Assembly: GCF_037042905.1 (NCBI RefSeq)
Contig: NC_087252.1
Span: 14,944,001 to 15,008,000, forward strand
DNA length: 64,000 bases
Reading direction: 5' to 3'
Source: Lytechinus pictus
Lineage: Eukaryota
Positions 60,859 through 64,000 of this stretch are shown in pieces. The notes below the pieces were generated by a model. The model did not search any database. It was not told the DNA's origin and saw only the letters and a list, made by a program, of their open reading frames with translations. The translations under genes and the position numbers were made by a program. Position 1 is the first letter of the stretch. The number at the start of each line of letters is the position of its first letter.

Positions 60859-61724
60859 GATAGGTCTACATAGAAGGATAGAAAAAATAATAATAGTTAC
60901 ATTTATATCTTCTAGATCTTCATACACTTTGTTCTAGAAGTGCTTTACTGTACATTGCAATTATCATAACCCCTGGTCATCGGATCCTGGCATGCCCGCA
61001 CGCAATGTATGCACTTTCTGCACTCCCTGGGGGGTATTCCAACAAGAGTTCAAAGACTCTATTTCTAGGCATAAGAATAAGGCCTCAAAACAATCGTTAC
61101 TGTATGTTGCCCTCATACATGTAAGTCAATAATTAGGAAGTTGGATCAATTAGATTTTTTTCATACCTTCACTGCCGCAATGCACAAAGAAAATCATCCA
61201 TGGAATGATTTATTTGTGCAGTCAAAACAAGTGCTTTTTTTAAGCTCAAATACATATTATATTTGCAAATTCTTTGCCCTAATCTGACATTTTCTAACAA
61301 GAACAATGCATTTGTAAATTTCAGGTCTGCTAGAAAAATAATTAAATGAATAAAAAAGTAACTATATTTTGCACTTTTATGGTTGGTTGGATGAGGGCAA
61401 TATAAAACTAGTTTTTAGGCCTAAAAAATGCATGATCAAGGATGATTAATATAAGTGCAATTCAAGTAGACTCCAACTGAAGCCAGTGCTGTCATAAGAT
61501 AATGATGTGATCGCTCTATGATATCGCTCTATGATATGATACAGTGTTTTAATTGATAGCATTCACTGTCATGTTTGTAATACAGCTGAGCATACAAACG
61601 TGACTGGCTGGCGCGTAAGTACAAACATGACGACAAACGATCAAACTTTGAAGAGTAACCTGATCCTGAATGTTTATCATAAAGATTGGCTATTTTCCAG
61701 CATATATTTCAGAAAAGTGGTAAG

Positions 61725-62625
61725 CCCGGGGGGCCACTTCCATTGACATTGGATACCATGGGTGACCATGGGGTTTCGAAAAGCACCCTAAACAAGTATT
61801 TTCCATGTTCTGAAAATGCACCACTTAACAAGTATTGGAAACAGGTCGATACCCTTGACCTCAGGCGGATCAAGGGGGGGGGGACATGGGCCGGTTGTGC
61901 CCCACCCCCCCCCCCCCCATTGAGGCACAAATAAAAGTTGTAATGTAAAAATGCAGTTGAAACACAAATGTGCCTCCCCCCCCCCTTTGAAAGTGAAGAC
62001 CAATTTTTTTTTTGCTTGTCAAATTTTTTCGTGGATGAAAATCCCTTAATTTTTGGTTAAAACCCTTTCTTTTCTTTTTTTTTGCTAGTCAAATATTTCC
62101 TCGGGGAAAATGACCTCCTAAACAAGTACAACGATATCTTAAATGTTATGTCACAGATGTTGGCTTTACGTTTACCACCCCACACACCTCGCTCAAATCG
62201 GACCCTAATTCCTCGGTCACATTTGCTGTATGGCAGCCGTACGGTAAGTCGAAATAAGCTGTTCAATTCATTTTTATTAAAACCACCTAGCTGGTACAAA
62301 AATATTAAAACGGCTGTTTTCCACTTGCCGTATGGCAGCCGTAGAGCAAATGTGACCAAGGTATAAACATGTTCACTGTAGTGTTGGGGCAAGTTACATC
62401 CTTAAGTATTTAGGTCTTTTTATACCCTCGCAAATTGGACCGTAAACACTTAGTTTTCATAGCGAAATATATGTACCCTTCTTTTCATTATTTAGTGTTT
62501 TTGACAATTATGTTATATATACATAATGTGCCCTATCTTGGAAAAGAGATCCGTTTTACATGTTTTTGGGGGGTTACTTATGGTATCCACATGTCAATGG
62601 AAGTGCCCCCCCCCCCCTCCCCGGT
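61725..62625. mobile_element. CCCGGG-terminal MITE (family of 17043-17608) with two nested insertions
   Basis: TSD GTGGTAAG (61717-61724, 62626-62633); nested G-tract element from ~61862 and palindrome 62211-62361. Confidence 0.8.
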
Positions 62626-63129
62626 GTGGTAAGCTGATTGTATTAATTTTCTCCGGCATAGACCCTGCAGTTAGGGGTCGGTCAAACCTCCATTACAACC
62701 CCAATGGCAATGCCAAAATGACAGACATCCGTCTGCTTATGAGGACAAAAAAATATGAAAATGTTTTTTAAAAAACCTCACAAACAGCGGATAGATCCAA
62801 TAGTCTACTAGGCCTAGTACTAGTATAGTCTTCAGTCTAAATACCTGCAATACCATTAAGCCTGAGTCGAATCGATTTTAAAATCGGTGTTCGATCGATG
62901 TCATCGAACGCCGATGCAGATTTTGCAAAATCGGTGCATCGAAAAAAATAAATAAATACGTCGGCCGGCCGATTCATTTGGTTCACACAATCAAACATCA
63001 AAATAAACAGTAATATCCGTCTTGACTACTACTTACTTCATTTATATTGCCCCCAAAATGAAACGGATTGTGTAATTATGATGCCTATTCACCATTAATT
63101 TGAAGTTTATTTCGATCATAGTTCGAGTC

Positions 63130-63700
63130 TTACTCATCTGCATGGCTCGTCTGCTCGTGCCGAGATAATTTATGCACGATGAATTTATGAATGGAAGTCG
63201 CCATTGATCGTGCATGCGCAGTACTGTGCTTTAATTCAAATCAGAAAATGGCCGGAAAATTGATGCGATCAACGTATAAAAGTAAATCTTGCTTTCATGA
63301 ACAATATTAATATCATGACCATAGAACATGATTTAATCGTAATATTTAACAATAATTTGCATATGATAATCATTAATATGAATTTAGAGCTTGATGTGAA
63401 ACGTTTGTATTTCGTTTCAATTTTCAATGGCGGACATCACATGACGATCGACTTGAGTGAGTGGAATCGCACTTGTCTAAAAAAATAATTACACGTCAGG
63501 ATTGATTATTGAACATTGTCAACATGTAGAAACTCTTTTGATGATCGTAATATCACCATATGATAATATTTTACATGACACAACAGAGAAAAATTACATT
63601 TGATATTTTTTCCCATCAATTAGAAGCTTGTTTGTGCCCAACTTTGGGCTCTGATTTCATGAATGGAAAATATGTCAGACGTCATCGAACGCGCATGCGC
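63130..63700. promoter_or_regulatory. Probable ATP5PF promoter/non-coding first exon region (possibly bidirectional)
   Basis: CpG-richer patch; NRF1-type TGCATGCGCA 63211-63220 and GCGCATGCGC 63691-63700; YY1-like aaaatggccg and aatggcgg; - strand gtaag donor at 63133. Confidence 0.45.
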
Positions 63701-64000
63701 ATTGTGCTTCTTTTCTCGGAGCTCGGAGACGTCCAGAGATGGAATAAAAAATAAAAATAATGCCAGTATAATACTATTAATTCTTCCATATGAACATAAC
63801 ATACTTTGCTGACATCGTCAATATTTTTAGTATGGCCATAAAATCTTATTAAATCGTAATTATTTTACATCCAATAATAATTTATATGAAGTTAGAGCTC
63901 GATCCGAGACATTCGTATTTATTTCGATCACAAGCTCTTGTGTCTAATTAATATAAATGGATTATCATCAGGATTAAGTCTCGAACATCGTCAGAACTCA

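Noticed and set aside
61481..61610. Possible C/D snoRNA in an ATP5PF intron (atgatg ... ctga)
   Set aside because: C box is imperfect, there is no convincing terminal stem next to the boxes, and no recognisable rRNA guide
63134..63143. Upstream ATG in the putative ATP5PF non-coding exon forming an overlapping uORF
   Set aside because: First-exon boundaries are uncertain (a competing donor lies near 63035); cannot be supported without transcripts

Overview
AT-rich, repeat-dense animal genomic DNA with spliceosomal introns; a marine invertebrate deuterostome such as a sea urchin is my inference, not proven. Two host genes are supported. (1) A + strand gene of 13 coding exons (21018-46258, about 746 aa; possible alternative leader exon 18136-18217). 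It splices in one uninterrupted frame into signal peptide - 3 Ig domains - transmembrane helix - ITIM-like motif - cytoplasmic IFI44-like P-loop GTPase, i.e. an apparent Ig receptor/GTPase fusion. This is the most notable item in the window. (2) ATP5PF/ATP5J (mitochondrial ATP synthase coupling factor 6) on the - strand (coding 60858-56587, 111 aa). The rest is transposon material. A nested stack at 2-16 kb is an intron-containing IR/DR-type DD34E Tc1 element invaded by a Gypsy LTR element and a Sola2-like element, the latter carrying an RTE fragment. A 5.5-kb TGT...ACA foldback element built of tandem repeats carries an open-frame L1/Tx1-clade RT insertion. There is also a 2.2-kb long-TIR element, many hAT-, Kolobok/T2- and TA-target MITEs, a tRNA-derived SINE and minisatellites. 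No CRISPR, rRNA or bona fide tRNA was seen. All calls were made by eye with no database searches.
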